Origin: Malacoraja senta
Taxonomy: Eukaryota
Assembly: GCA_038087875.1 (NCBI GenBank)
Contig: JAXLNO010000516.1
Location: forward strand, 62,001-109,103
DNA: 47,103 nt
Direction: 5' to 3'
Every line of letters begins with the position of its first letter. Position 1 is the first letter of the stretch. This document shows, one piece after another, positions 11,010-23,417 of this stretch. The translations under genes and the position numbers were made by a program. The notes under the pieces were generated by a model. The model had not been told where the DNA came from. It was given only the letters and a program-made list of their open reading frames with translations, and did no database searches.

Positions 11010-11830
11010 ACATGGCCGCCCTGGGCATCACTCCCTTTTACCTCAATGGGAGTGCCAGCAGTCAAGATGGCCGCCTCCCTGGGATTCACCTCCCATTGAC
11101 TTCAATGGGAGTGCCCTGACCAGAGATGGCCGCCTCCTTGACCTCACCTCCCAGTGACTTCAATGGAAGTGCCCTGACCAAAGATGGCCACCTCCTTGTC
11201 CTCACCTCCCAGTGACTTCAATGGAAGTGCCCTGAACAAAGATGGCCGCCCTCTGGCCTCACCTCCCAATGACTTCAATGGAAGTGCCCTGACCAAAGAT
11301 GGCCGCCTCCCGGTGACTTCAATTGGAAGCGCCTTGACCAAAGACGGCCGCCTCCCTGGAGAGGAGAGGTAAAAGAGATAGAGAAGGAGAGAGAGAGAGA
11401 GAAGGGAAGGAGAAGAGGACGCCAGAGGAGGGGAGAGAGAGAAAGAAAGAAAGAGGGAGAGAGAGAGAAAAAAAATGAAGGCAGCCAGTAGCTAAGATGG
11501 CCGGCCAGGGCGTCACTCCCATTGACTTCAATGGAAGGTTGCCAGTAACTAAGTTGGCCGCCCAGAACTTCACGTCCCTTTGACTTCAATGGAAGTGCCT
11601 TGACCAAAGATGGCCACCTCTCTGGGCTTCACTCCCATTGACTTCTGTGGAAGACTGCCAGTAGCTAAGATGGCCGCCCGGGGCTTCACTCCCATTGAAT
11701 TCAATGGCAGACTGCCAGTAGACAAGATGCCCGCCTGCAGCTCCACAGGGAAATGCCAGCATCCAAAATGGCCGCCCCTGGCTACACTCTCGTTGCCTTC
11801 AATGGCTGGCTGCCAGTAGCTATAATGGCG
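11010..11830. repeat. Degenerate ~58-bp tandem array with a palindromic core, split by a GA-rich tract (11360-11475)
   Basis: Roughly a dozen units with CCATTGACTTCAATGG-like palindromes and AAGATGGCCGCC. Confidence 0.85.
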
Positions 11831-11985
11831 GGGGGGGGGGGGGAGAAAACTGCACACAAAACTCTCCTTCCATCCTCTCCCTCCCTCCCACCCCTCTCTC
11901 TCTCCCTCCCACCCCTCTCTCTCTCTTTCTCTCTCCTTCCACCCCTCTCTCTCTCCCTTTCCCTCCCTCTCCCTCACCTCATCTC

Positions 11986-13072
11986 TCAGATTCAGATTCA
12001 ACTTTATTGTCATTGTGCAGTGTACAGTACAGAGACAACGAAATGCAGTTAGCATCACCCTAGAAGAGCGACATAAATATGAGCAATAAATAAATCTATT
12101 TACGTGCATACAGTCATAGTATTTTTTCCTGGTGGGAGGAGTGTTCAGGGGGGAAGGGTGTAGCAGTCACCGAGGTACAGTGTTGAGTAGTGTAACAGCC
12201 GCAGGGAAGAAGCTGTTCCTGGACCTGCTGGTCCGGCAACGGAGAGACCTGTAGCACCTCCCGGATGGTAGGAGGGTAAACAGTCTGTGGTTGGGTGAGA
12301 GCAGTCCTTGGTGATGCTGAGCGCCCTTCGCAGACAACGCTTGCTTTGGACAGACTCAATGGAGGGGAGTGAGGAACCGGTGATGCGTTGGACAATTTTC
12401 ACCACCCTCTGCAGTGCTTTCCGGTCGGAGACAGAGCAGTTGCCATACCATACTGTGATACAGTTGGTAAGGATGCTCTCGATGGTGCAGCGGTAGAAGT
12501 TCACCAGAATCTGAGGAGACAGATGGACCTTCTTTAGTCTCCTCGGGAAGAAGAGACGCTGGTGAGCCTTCTTGACCAGAGTTGAGGTATTGTGGGTCCA
12601 AGAGAGGTCATCGGAGACCTACAGCTGCGTCCGCTGGACTGGAGGGCGGCAGCTTCGGCAGCTTCGGCCACCCCGGGCCGCGGAGTTTGTACCGGCCCGT
12701 CGCGGACAGAGCACGGATTCGGCCGCTGGACTGGCTTACCGTCGCCCGGCGGGGTCACAGCATCAGAAGCCTGGATCGCCTCAGCGCAGAGGGAGAAGAA
12801 AGCGGGAAGAGACAGAGACTTTAAGACTTTTGCCTCCATCACAGTGAGGAGGTGCCTGGTGAACTCACTGTGGTGGATGTTAATTTGTGTTTATTGTGTG
12901 TTTTGTCATTTATTATTATATGTATGACTGCAGGCAACGAAATTTCGTTCAGACCGAAAGGTCTGAATGACAAATAAAGGAATCTCTAATCTCTAATCTC
13001 TAATCTCTAATGTTGACCCCCAGGAACCTGAAGCTGGAAACACGTTCCACCTCCGTCCCGTTAATGTGGATG
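11986..13072 (-). mobile_element. Rex1/Babar-type LINE 3' fragment, interrupted at 12617/13011
   Basis: FYRCTIESILTNCITVWYG...KALQRVVK; ERVSSFRFLGVN|ISDDLSW rejoins exactly across the insert; tail AATGACAATAAAG(TTGAATC/TGAATC)n. Confidence 0.85.
12618..13010 (+). mobile_element. Non-coding retroposon (SINE-like, or LINE 3'UTR) with a Rex1-like 3' end
   Basis: GC-rich body; ATTTCGTT...AATGACAAATAAAG motif shared with the host element's 3' end; hairpin 12948-12967; (CTCTAAT)4 tail. Confidence 0.65.
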
Positions 13073-13310
13073 CGGATTTCCATCACTGATTGCAATATAT
13101 ATGTAACACCACATTGCAGGGGCTACAGAGATTTTGATTATATTGAGTGGATGTTTCTTAACATTAAATTCCTTCCATCTGGCATATAAATTCATGACAA
13201 TGAGATTTAAAAATCATGTTATATTATGAATTCTTGTGTGAATGGGATTAGTTTGTTATTTGGATACCTAGGCTATTTTTAAAAATTATCCTTTTCTTAA
13301 GAAATGGAAT

Positions 13311-13541
13311 CTACAGGAGATTCTTAAAGGGAAAGTAGTGGGCAGAAAGGCATGTCATGCGTGATTTAAAGAGCACAAACTTGTAGTTTACAATGCCAAA
13401 ATGGAAAAGTTGAGGAAAAACAAGGTGTACAGAGTTGCTTATTGGTTACAATCTGAGGAGTATGATGATGCTACTGATTATGATATGCCAATATACCTGC
13501 TAGCAACTGATTTTCTCCATAAAGACCTAGTCTATTGCTAG
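13311..13541 (+). pseudogene. Degenerate C-terminal protein fragment, Tudor/spindlin-like pattern, probably transposon-derived
   Basis: LQEILKGKVVGRKACHA*FKEHKLVVYNAKMEKLRKNKVYRVAYWLQSEEYDDATDYDMPIYLLATDFLHKDLVYC*; family call from pattern only. Confidence 0.3.
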
Positions 13542-13735
13542 AAATTGTAATGTATTTACCTATCTGTTATGGACTTACAGCATATAATACAATAATATTA
13601 AAGTTCTGATCTTGAGAATATCACATTTTTTAATTTTCAAGGCAGTCTGGGTGTTTATTACTATTTCCGTCACAACGGTCAATTTTGTAATTAGCTACAA
13701 TTATGTAACTAACTAATTATATGCTTTAATTTCAG

Positions 13736-14049
13736 GTCATCCAAGTAAGATGTTTTATATTTGTTTCAGAATGCTTCAATCTATAATAACTGAACATTTC
13801 ATTCAGTTCTCTTAATTTTCAAGAAAGTTATGGGCTTTTGACTGTCCTCGATCACAGCTTTTATGTTAAGTCAATGGAAAAGCAATAGGGAACAAGATAC
13901 TAATTTCCGAGTATGAAAATGGCCATAACTTTATTAATACTGAAGATATGAAAGTGAATTAGGTGTCAAATTAAACTTTTTATGCTTTATCTGATGGGAT
14001 AAATTGCAGACTTGATTTTTAATATCTCAAAATTTTGTAACATTGCTAC
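13736..14049 (-). repeat. Interspersed AT-rich repeat (possible DNA-transposon end), copy 1
   Basis: Aligns in reverse complement to 46786-47103 throughout; both copies stop at (G)TAGCAATGTTAC. Confidence 0.85.
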
Positions 14050-14992
14050 AAAATGTACCTGCATCTTGGAGGCTGAAGGTTAGGTTGTTAGCCAAGAAAG
14101 ATAGACTTTGTTGTCCCTCAGTACAGCAACATCAAGAACGATGTTGGTGGTCCTTCGTTATTTGTGGGGCCTATTCCTATCATTTACATTATTTACTAAA
14201 CACCTCAGTGGTGAAATAAGGATGGTCACATCCTCATGGGTTAAAAATGGAAGCCTAAGCACTAAGGCCCATATCCAAAAACATAGATTTATAAGCAAAA
14301 ATTCTGGAAGGAATCACAAAGTGCAGCTCATCATCAGCTCAGGAGTTAGTGTCATCCTCATTGTGACAAGAAATCTAATCAGGCTCCTTCCTTAATCCGG
14401 GTTAACAACTCATTTCCCCCATATTGTGTGAATTCTGCAGAGAAATACAATTCATTTTTATTGCTGCTCACCCTCTGTTTTGATATTTTCCCCCAGTCCC
14501 TGAATCTTTCTCTTCGTAATTCATCTCATCTCCCCCTCCAACTCACACTGTCCATCACTCTCACATTCTAACCACTGGGATCATCACCTGTCTTATCTGG
14601 TGCAAATGTCTCCGTTGGGGCACTTGCTGAGTTTCACAGCAGAAGTGTAAACAGGGCCTAACACAGATCCTTCATCTTTTACGCTGATGTTATCTTCAGA
14701 AACAACTTCTCTATTTACCCTTTACATTTAAAAGTAATTCCGTATAATTCTATTTATGTAATTTTTTATTACTATGAGATTTTTTTAAATACGTGAGAAC
14801 AGAACACGTGTGCTGAGGATGTATTTATTATAAGGATAGTAACTAACTATTGCATTGTTGGTGTCTTGACCAAAAAGCATAATTTTTAAAATTATTTTTG
14901 CTACTTTCCACTGATTAAAAATAAAATAGCGGTGTTTCTCTCTACTAAATGACTGCTCTTTATTCATTAAAAAATATTTCAATCTCCAACCT

Positions 14993-17900
14993 GGTTGAAA
15001 CAAGTTGAAACATGTTTATTCATGGATAACCCCTTGAGATGGACAGTCATCTCATTTTCGAGGGGGTCCAACATAGAACATACAGCACAAGACATAACAT
15101 ACATAGAGGCTCTCATTGACCCACCTACCCACACACCAATCCCAAAACCCCTCCATCCCCATTTGTTATAGTTTATAACAATTGTTAATTAACTTTACAA
15201 ATCCAATAATAACAAAAGTTATGTGTTACAGCATAATGTTAGTGCATAATACCATATACCACCTATCATACATCGTACGTTAATACATACTATCAACATT
15301 ATTACATAATATATTATTTCATGATATTGTGACATAATACAATATAAGACCTTGTTACACTATGCAATACAATAATACATAAGTGTAATGGCCATGCATA
15401 TACAATAGTTATGCCAAATGATCACACTCAGAGCAAGCTAGATAAAAGAGCTCGAAGACTCTAATACTAGAAACAGGTACATGGTTTTATAAGGAAAGGT
15501 AAAAGTGTATTTTTAAATAGACGAAATGAGCTAATAGTTCTTATGGTACTAGGCAGAGTGTTCCAGTCAGAAGGAGCTTTGTATTTAAATGCACGTCTCA
15601 CAATTTCTTTGTTAGTTCTTGGAATGAAAAAGAAGGGTTGCTGAATATGTCTTAGTGAATATGAGGGTGTGTATGGGTAATAGGTCTTGTTTAAAATAAG
15701 AAGGGTAATTAAGATGGATGCATTTAAGGATGAACTGGAACCAGTGGTAGCATCTTCGAGCGTGGGGGGATAACCAGTTTAAAGTTTCGTACATAGAACA
15801 GTGGTGAGTTATATATGGACACCTTAAAATAAATCTGCAAAGACTATTATAAACTACATTAAGGGGTTGAAGATGTATATCAAATGCTGATAAAATTAGC
15901 ACCATCTATCAATCCCTATCCCCTGTACCCGACTCCCCAGCATCTACTCCACTACCTACCAAGGCCCTTCCTTTCAACATCTCCACTGATCTCCATACCC
16001 CTCCCCCTCACTGCTTCCTCTCCCAGTTTGACCCGGTCACCCCCACTGAAATCTCCAACCTCATCAGCTCTTCCAAACCCACTACCTGCTCCCTTGACCC
16101 TCTCCCCACTCCCCTGCTGAAGTCCTGCCTCCCTGCTCTCTGCCCCTACCTCACTAATCTTTTCAACTCCTCATTGTCCCAAGGAATTGTCCCCTCTGCT
16201 TTCAAAACTGCTGCTGTCACACCAATCTTAAAGAAACCTGGTCTTGATCCCTCCTCTCACATTAACTACCGCCCCATCTTAAACCTCCCCTTTCTTTCAA
16301 AAACCCTGGAGCGCATCGTCGCGTCACAACTTCATTCCCACCTCCTCGCGTTTAACCTATTCAAACCCCTCCAATCTGGCTTTCGCCCCCCTCCATAGCA
16401 CAGAAACTGCTCTCCTCAAAGTCCTCAATGACCTCCTTACCTCTGCTGACTCTGGCTCCCTCAATATCCTCATCCTCCTCGACCTGAGTGCAGCCTTCGA
16501 TACCGTCAACCACAACATCCTGCTCACCAGACTTAGGGACCTTGGCATTGAAGGTTCTGCACTCAGCTGGTTCCGTTCTTACCTTTCCAACCGATCCCAC
16601 TTCATCTCTCTCCATAACCACACCTCTGCCACAGCCACTGTCACTCAAGGCGTTCCCCAAGGCTCCGTTCTTGGTCCCCTCCTCTTCATCATCTACATCC
16701 TCCCCCTTGGTCATATACTCCGTCACTTCAACCTGGACTTCCACTGCTTTGCTGATGACACCCAGATCTATCTCAGCACCAAGTCCCCCCACCACCCCCC
16801 TCTCTCCCATAGCAACTCCTGCCTATCAGCCATCAAATCTTGGATGCAACTCAACTTCCTTATTTTAAACAGTAGCAAAACAGAATTTCTCCTCATTGGC
16901 TCCAAATCAACACTCACTAAAATTAACAACCCCACTCTCACTATCGACGGCACCATTGTCTCCCCATCTCCTCAGGCACGCAACCTTGGCGTGATCCTTG
17001 ACTCAACCCTCTCCATTGAGCCTCACATCCGCCATGTTGTCAAAACATCATTTTTTCACCTCCGCAACATTGCAAAAATCAGATCGTCTCTCACACCCCC
17101 CGCTGCTGAAAGACTCATCCATGCCTTCATCTCCTCCCGACTGGACTACTGTAACTCTCTTCTTTTCGGAATCAATTCCAGCATCATCAAACGACTCCAA
17201 CTGGTCAAAAATGCAGCCGCTCGACTCATTACCCACACCAAATCCTGGCACCACATCACCCCAGTTCTCAAAGAACTTCACTGGCTTCCCATTTCCCACC
17301 GGATCACCTACAAAATCCTGGTCCTCAGCTACAAAGCCCTCAACAACCTGCCCCCCCCCTTATCTCATTGACCTCCTCTCCCCCTACCAACCCTCACGGT
17401 CCCTCAGATCCACATCAGCTGGTCTCCTCTCCACTCCGAAATCAAACCTCTGCACTTTTGGAGGCAGAGCCTTCTCCAGGGCAGCTCCCAGGCTCTGGAA
17501 TTCCCTCCCACAACTGGTCTGAAATTCTGAGTCCCTCACCATCTTCCAGTCCCGCCTCAAGACCCATCTCTTCACCTCTGCATACCCTTAGTCCCATGTT
17601 CCCCTCCCCTCTGTCTTACTGCTCTATTTTGTTTTGTTTATTCCTGACTCTCAATTGTAAAGCGACTTTGAGTCCTGAAAAGCGCTATATAAATAAAATC
17701 TATTATTATTATTATTATTATTCTGAAAGACAATATCAGCATAATCCAGTGTTGGTAGTAGTAGTTGAGAGACAATTATTTTTCTCATCTGAAAGGTGAA
17801 ACAATTTATATGGTGGTAAAGAATAGCTAGATTACAGCTAAGTTTTTTAGTAATCGTCTCACTATGCTGCGTAAATGAAAGCGTTGGGTCAAGCCAAACA

Positions 17901-20200
17901 CCAAGATATTAGAAGTTCAATACTTGTTCTAATGGTGATCCTTCATTAAATGATATAGTCAGATCTACAGAATTACCAAGGCCTTGTCTGGTACCAAATA
18001 ACATACTGCATGATTTATTTTTATTTAAAATTAATTTGTTAAATAATAGCCATTTCTGAACAGAAATAAGATCTGATTGAAGGGTTCTTTCAAATTCAGA
18101 CTTGTTAGTACTAGATGTATATAGCACCGCATCATCGGCATATAGTTGTATTTGACAGTCAGAACAGATATTGGGGAGGTCGTTTATGAAAATAGAGAAA
18201 AGGAGTGGTCCCAAGGACGAACCTTGCGGGACCCCCTTCTCAACAATTAAGAAATTGGATTGACTTCCATTAATGGTGACACATTGGCGTTTGTTATGAA
18301 GGTATGAGTTAAACTACAGTAGATTGTTTCGAGAAAGACCAATAGAGTAAAGTTTATCAAGCAGTAGGTAGTGGTCAACAACATCAAAGGCCTTGGTTAG
18401 ATCAAGAAAGATGGCACCGGTGAGTTTACCATCCTCGGAAGCAGTGAACACATCGCTGGTAAGTTTTAATAGAGCTGTAGTTGTGGAGTGTTTAGGTCTG
18501 AACCCAGACTGGCATGGAGATAGAATATTGAAAGTTGGGACATAATGTGATAGCTGGTTGAACACTAGTTTCTCAAGGATTTTAGCCACCGAGTTGATAA
18601 TTCAGATGGGGCGGTAATTGTTAATATCTTGTGGGTCGCCTCCCTTATGCAGTGGAGTAACATTGGCACACTTCCGTGCGGAAGGGAGGGTACAAGTTGA
18701 GAAGGACAAATTAAACAGGTCGCATAGTGGGTACATTAAAATATTAGCTCCTAACTTAATGAATTTAGTCTCAATACCAGCTGGTCCAGATCCACAATCA
18801 TCCTTTAGTTCATTAATAACATGTTGAACATCAACAGGTTTGATTTTTTGAAAAGAAAAAGAGCTTCTACTTGTAGAGGTAGCTGGAAAGTCACATATAA
18901 TAGATGAATCAAATACAGTAGAGCTACCTACAGTGGAGAAGTGCTGGTTGAAAGCATTGGATATAACAGCAGGGTCCTGAATGATGCCATTGTTGACCCG
19001 AATCTGAGTGCTGATATTTTGATTTGATTTATTAAGAACATTGTTTAGTCTTTTCCAAAACTTTTTTGGATCATGCATATCTTCAGAAAGATGTTTTTTT
19101 AAATAACTTGATTTAGCATTACGTGTTTTTGTCGTACACTGATTCCTTAAGGACATATATTTTTCCCAGTCAGCAGGGTCCTTTGTTTCCCTGAAAGTCT
19201 TCCAAACTTTATCTCGCTCATTAAAAAGGTTAATCAAATCAGCACTAATCCATGGTAAATGTTTTCCCTTGACTTTTATTTCTCTCCAGGGGGCATGCTT
19301 ATCAATAACTCTTGAGACTTCAGTGTATAAATAATTCCAGGCATCCTCGACAGTTGGTATAAGTTGAAACCTATCCCAGTTTATTGCAATCAGGTCATGC
19401 ATATAATTATCATAATTTAATTTTCTACATTGTCTAACACGAATATGTTTAGGAGGGAGACGGGAGGGTTTAATCTTCCACACACAGAAAATAGCAGAGT
19501 GATCGCTAAAGCAATCTGACAAAACACCAGATGTTAAGATTCGGTCACGATGGGTACAAGAATCCAATCTAATAGTGATGTAGAATTGCCATGAACTCTA
19601 GTAGGTTCATTGATTAACTGGGTCAGGTTTATACTTTTAAGCAAGTGTTTGTCGTTAGAAGAGGAGCGATCGAGCCAGTTTTTATTGAAGTCACAAAGAA
19701 GCACTAATTCACATGGGTGTTCAATAGAGGTGAGAGTAGGAATTAAGGACTTAGTTGAGTCATGATGAACAGGGGGAGATCGATAGATAGTGCCAATAAT
19801 TAGATGTTTATTGTCATGAAGTTTTAACCTAATAAAAAGTCTTTCAAAGAGGAGTGAGGTTGCTTTAGGGATGGCAAGTTCAGATATAAAACAAGTTGAC
19901 ACATAACAAGCCACACCTCCAGCTCTCGTAGGCCTATCTGCTCTATATAATACAAAATTATCAATATGAATATCATTGTCACAAATTTCACTATGTAACC
20001 ATGTTTCTGAAAATGTTATTATGTCAGGTTTATTCTGTGCAATCCAAACTCTAATTAAATCTATCTTTGGAAGAAGACTCCTAATGTTCAAGTGGATAAT
20101 TTTTAGACCTTTAGCTGTATCAATTATGGATCAATTGGGTGTAGATAAAGTCAGGGGAGTGAGTCAGGGAAATAGCATGAGAAAGGGGACGAGAGAGCCA
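14993..20200 (-). mobile_element. L2/CR1-group LINE with full-length degenerate ORF2, interrupted by another L2
   Basis: HLNIRSLLPK, FSETWL, CDFNKNW, SDHSAIF, NNYRPI, QSGFRPKHSTTTAL, FLDLTKAFD, LYADD; 3' stem-loop CCCCCTCGAAAATGAGATG...CATCTCAAGGGG at 15030-15067. Confidence 0.88.
15888..17719 (+). mobile_element. L2 LINE, 5'-truncated, nested in the minus-strand LINE
   Basis: LLDLSAAFDTVNH, GVPQGSVLGPLLF, FADDTQIY, ISSRLDYCN, LHWLP; 3' end GTAAAGCGACTTTG...AAAGCGCTATATAAATAAA(TAT)n; host frame LDYADIVFQN|AFDIHLQPL rejoins across it. Confidence 0.93.
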
Positions 20201-20760
20201 CATACACAGATTAACACAGACACACACACACAAAAGACAGGACAGACAAAGCACACAAGATCAGGCTGCGTCATTGAGAGAGAGAAAAAGAAGAAAACAA
20301 AGTGAGCATACACACCTCAGTCTGCATAGCTCATATTTATGCAAATAGATCAAAGTATGAGGTCCTGGACCATTTATGTTTAAATTAATTGGGCATAATG
20401 AAGCCCAAAATAACAACTCTTAGTTTTACAACGTTTTTATGGCAATTGCAACACTTTGTACAGCAACAGTAGTAAAGCAGCATCAATCATAACAACTCTC
20501 ATGCCAGTTTTAACTTTGCAAATAAAACAGAAAAATCAATGGTTGTCCAGCGATTATATAATTACAAGAGGACCCACTGGCATCAGTTTATCAAAATCAA
20601 GAAAAATACAACCAAAACCAGATAAACACAAAGTTCATAGGCAAACAGCATTATTGTGCTAACGCTATCACCAGCCACTGGCCACCAACATTAGGCTGTT
20701 ATATCAGAGTCCATGGAGGAGTTAGTGGAGGAAACCTCACCAAAAAATGTCTCAACTTCA

Positions 20761-21471
20761 TCAGGAGTACGAAAGAACTGCGTAGACAACTCTCAGTGTG
20801 CAGGGAAAGATCAATGCATATTTAATGTCATGGTCGCGTATCTTCTTCTTAGCCGCATCATACTCCCGGCGTCTCCGGACAAGAGCAGCGCTGAAGTCCG
20901 GGTAGACATGAACCCGAGCTCCATTGTACTCAAGGGGCACATTTTTCTCCCGGGAGAGCTTCATTATCTTCAGCTTATCGTGGAAATAGTGGAACTTCAC
21001 CAGGATAGGCCTCGGACCCTTGGCTCTGGAGTTATCCTTGCGACCAGCACGGTGACAACGCTCAATCTCTAGAGGAGTGGGGAAATTCGCCTCACCAAAA
21101 AGCTGCGGTATCAGACGGCCTATGAATCCGGAAATATCTTTTGACTCGACCCTCTCGGGGATGCCGACAAAACGTAAGTTGGAACGTCTGCTTCTGTTCT
21201 CAGCGTCATCTGCCCAAGTTTTCAGGTCAGCGTTTTCTTTTTCAAGTAATTTTACACGTCCGACCAGGTCCATTATATTATCCTCGTTGGAGTTAACTAT
21301 ATGCTCAAGCACCGTTACTTGCTCTCCAAGCGTTTGAAGTGAGCCTTCAATGTTAATTAGGCTTACTCCAATTGGATCAATTTTATTGTCCATATGTAAT
21401 ATCATGTTGAGCTGCATTTGCTGCATATTATCCAAGACACTTTGGAGGGCAATTGGCCTACTCCTGCACAT
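20761..21471 (-). pseudogene. L1-type ORF1p (coiled coil, RRM, CTD; Transposase_22-like), frameshifted near the C-terminus
   Basis: DAENRSRRSNLRFVGIPE, LEIERCHR, PRPILVKFH, VYPDFS, KYALIFP; a FRTPDEVETFF-like ending continues in another frame to ~20700. Confidence 0.85.
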
Positions 21472-21489
21472 GTTGTCTATTGCCTAATG

Positions 21490-21709
21490 TATATTCCCCT
21501 CTCTCTCTCCCCCCCCTCTCCATCCTCTCTGTCTCTCTCTCCTCCCCCCCCTCCCTCTCTCACATACACACACACACACACACTCAAAACTCTCTCATAC
21601 ACACAGTAAAAGTTAAGGGAATGGAGAGAGAGAGAGAGAGAGGGAGAGAGGGAGGTGAGAGCATGGACATTTCTTGAAACCATCGTACTTTCTCCCTCAT
21701 CCTCTCTCT

Positions 21710-21786
<77 letters not shown>

Positions 21787-22270
21787 CCCTCTCTCTCTCA
21801 TCTCTCAAACTTTCCCATACTTTACAAAACTTTCTCAAACTTTACAAAACTTTCTCAAAACTTTCTTAAATTTTCCCAAACTTTCTTAAACTTTCTAAAA
21901 CTGTTTTAAACTTTACAAAATGTTCTCAAAACTTTCCAAAACTTTCTTAAACTTTCCAAAACTTTCCAAAACTTTCCAAAACTTTCTCAAACTTTCCAAA
22001 AACTTTCTTAAACTTTCTTAAACTTTCTAAAACTGTTTTAAACTTTACAAAACTTTACAAAACTTTCCCAAACTTTCCCAAACTTTCTCAAACATTCTAA
22101 AACTTTCTCAAACTTTACAAAACTTTCTCAAAACTTTCTTAAACTAGTCCCAAACTTTACAAAACTTTTTTAAACTTCACAAAACTTTCCCAAACTTTCC
22201 CAAACTTTCCCAAACTTTACAAAACTTTCTTATACTTTCTCAAACTTTACAAAACGTTCTCAAACTTTCT
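21490..22270. repeat. CT/CA/GA microsatellites followed by a ~10-bp (AAACTTTCYY-like) minisatellite at 21806-22270; repeated in units 2 and 3
   Basis: Direct inspection; minisatellite copies at ~27956-28420 and ~34101-34565. Confidence 0.9.
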
Positions 22271-22580
22271 CGCTCCCTCTCTCCCTCCACCTCTGTCTCC
22301 TTTCACCTAAAGTGAAGACTGCATCAATGAGGGAAAAGAGGAATATTCCAGAGATTAAATTCTTCCAGGAGACATTTCCAGACATCTTCGCGCGGAAAGC
22401 AAAACGAGCAAAATGGCGATCACAGGAGCCGGAAGGGGAGGGAGGGAGGGGTGTGGAAATTTCTGGAAACTTCCTCGTAGTTCTCTCTCCCTTTCTCTGT
22501 CTGTCGGCGTGGGGAGAGACTCGAGTGTGTTGGGCGAGTAGTCCTGAACTCACGCTCGTCCACGCACGCAAACACACCTA

Positions 22581-22730
22581 CAGTGCCCTCCATAATGTTT
22601 GGGACAAAGACCCATCATTTATTTATTTATTGATTTGCCTCTCTACTCCACAATTTGAGATTTGTAATTTAATAAATCACATGTGGTTAAAGTGCACATT
22701 GCCAGATTTTAATAAAGGCCATTTTTATAC
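22581..22730 (-). mobile_element. Tc1-family terminal inverted repeat segment (copies at 28731-28880 and 34876-35025)
   Basis: TA|CAGTGCCCTCCATAATGTTTGGGAC terminus; continues at 42250 after the Penelope insertion. Confidence 0.8.
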
Positions 22731-23374
22731 AGGGGACTCCATCCCCTACTCCCAATTCCTCCATCTACGCCGCATCTGCTCCCAGGATGAGGTGTTCCAC
22801 ACCAGGGCATCGGAGATGTCCTCATTCTTCAGGGAACGAGGGTTCCCCTCCCCTACTATAGATGAGGCTCTCACCAGGGTCTCTGCGATATCCCGTAACA
22901 CAGCTCTCTCTCCCCATCCACCCACTCGTAACAAGCGCCCAGTCCCCCTAGTCCTCACCTTCCACCCTACCACCTGTCACAAACAACAAATAGTCCTCCG
23001 TCATTTTCACCACCTCCAACGACCATTTTCGACCCCACCACTCACCACATCTTCCCATCTCCTCTCCTGTCTGCTTCCCGCAAAGACCGCTCCCTCCCGA
23101 ACTCCTTAGTCAACTCTTTCCTTCCCTCCCGAACCACCCCCTCTCCGGGCACTTTCCCTTGCAACCGCAAGAAATGCTACACTTGTCGCTTTACCTCCCC
23201 CCTCGACTCCATCCAAGGACCCAAGCAGTCTTTCCAGGTGCGACAGAGGTTCACCTGCACCTCCTCCAACCTCATCTATTGCATCCGCTGCTCGGGATGT
23301 CAGCTGCTTTACATCGGTGAGACCAAGCGTAGGCTTGGCGATCGCTTTGCCAAACACCTCCGCTCGGTCCGCAT
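22731..23374 (+). mobile_element. Penelope element fragment: RT C-terminus, linker, GIY-YIG endonuclease (copy at 28881-29524)
   Basis: DSIPYSQFLHLRRICS...RGFP; FTCTSSNLIYCIRCSGCQLLYIGETKRRLGDRFAKH. Confidence 0.9.
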
Positions 23375-23417
23375 TTCAGTTTTTGCCCATTGCTTGAACA
23401 CTATAGACCCATGCTTA

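Noticed and set aside
11010..11830. CRISPR-like array of palindromic repeats
   Set aside because: Intervening sequences are homologous rather than unique spacers, there are no cas genes, and the context is eukaryotic
12936..12975. Hammerhead ribozyme at the GAAA hairpin
   Set aside because: No CUGAnGA core in the required arrangement; GAAA here is a tetraloop
14059..14720. Possible minus-strand host exons (AG/GT-bounded, 14434-14059 and ~14719-14471)
   Set aside because: The frames I translated contain stops and show no recognisable domain; at most a decayed pseudogene
22312..23109. 265-aa ORF present in three identical copies
   Set aside because: Chance read-through across unique DNA, a Tc1 TIR and a Penelope fragment; identity is due to the triplication
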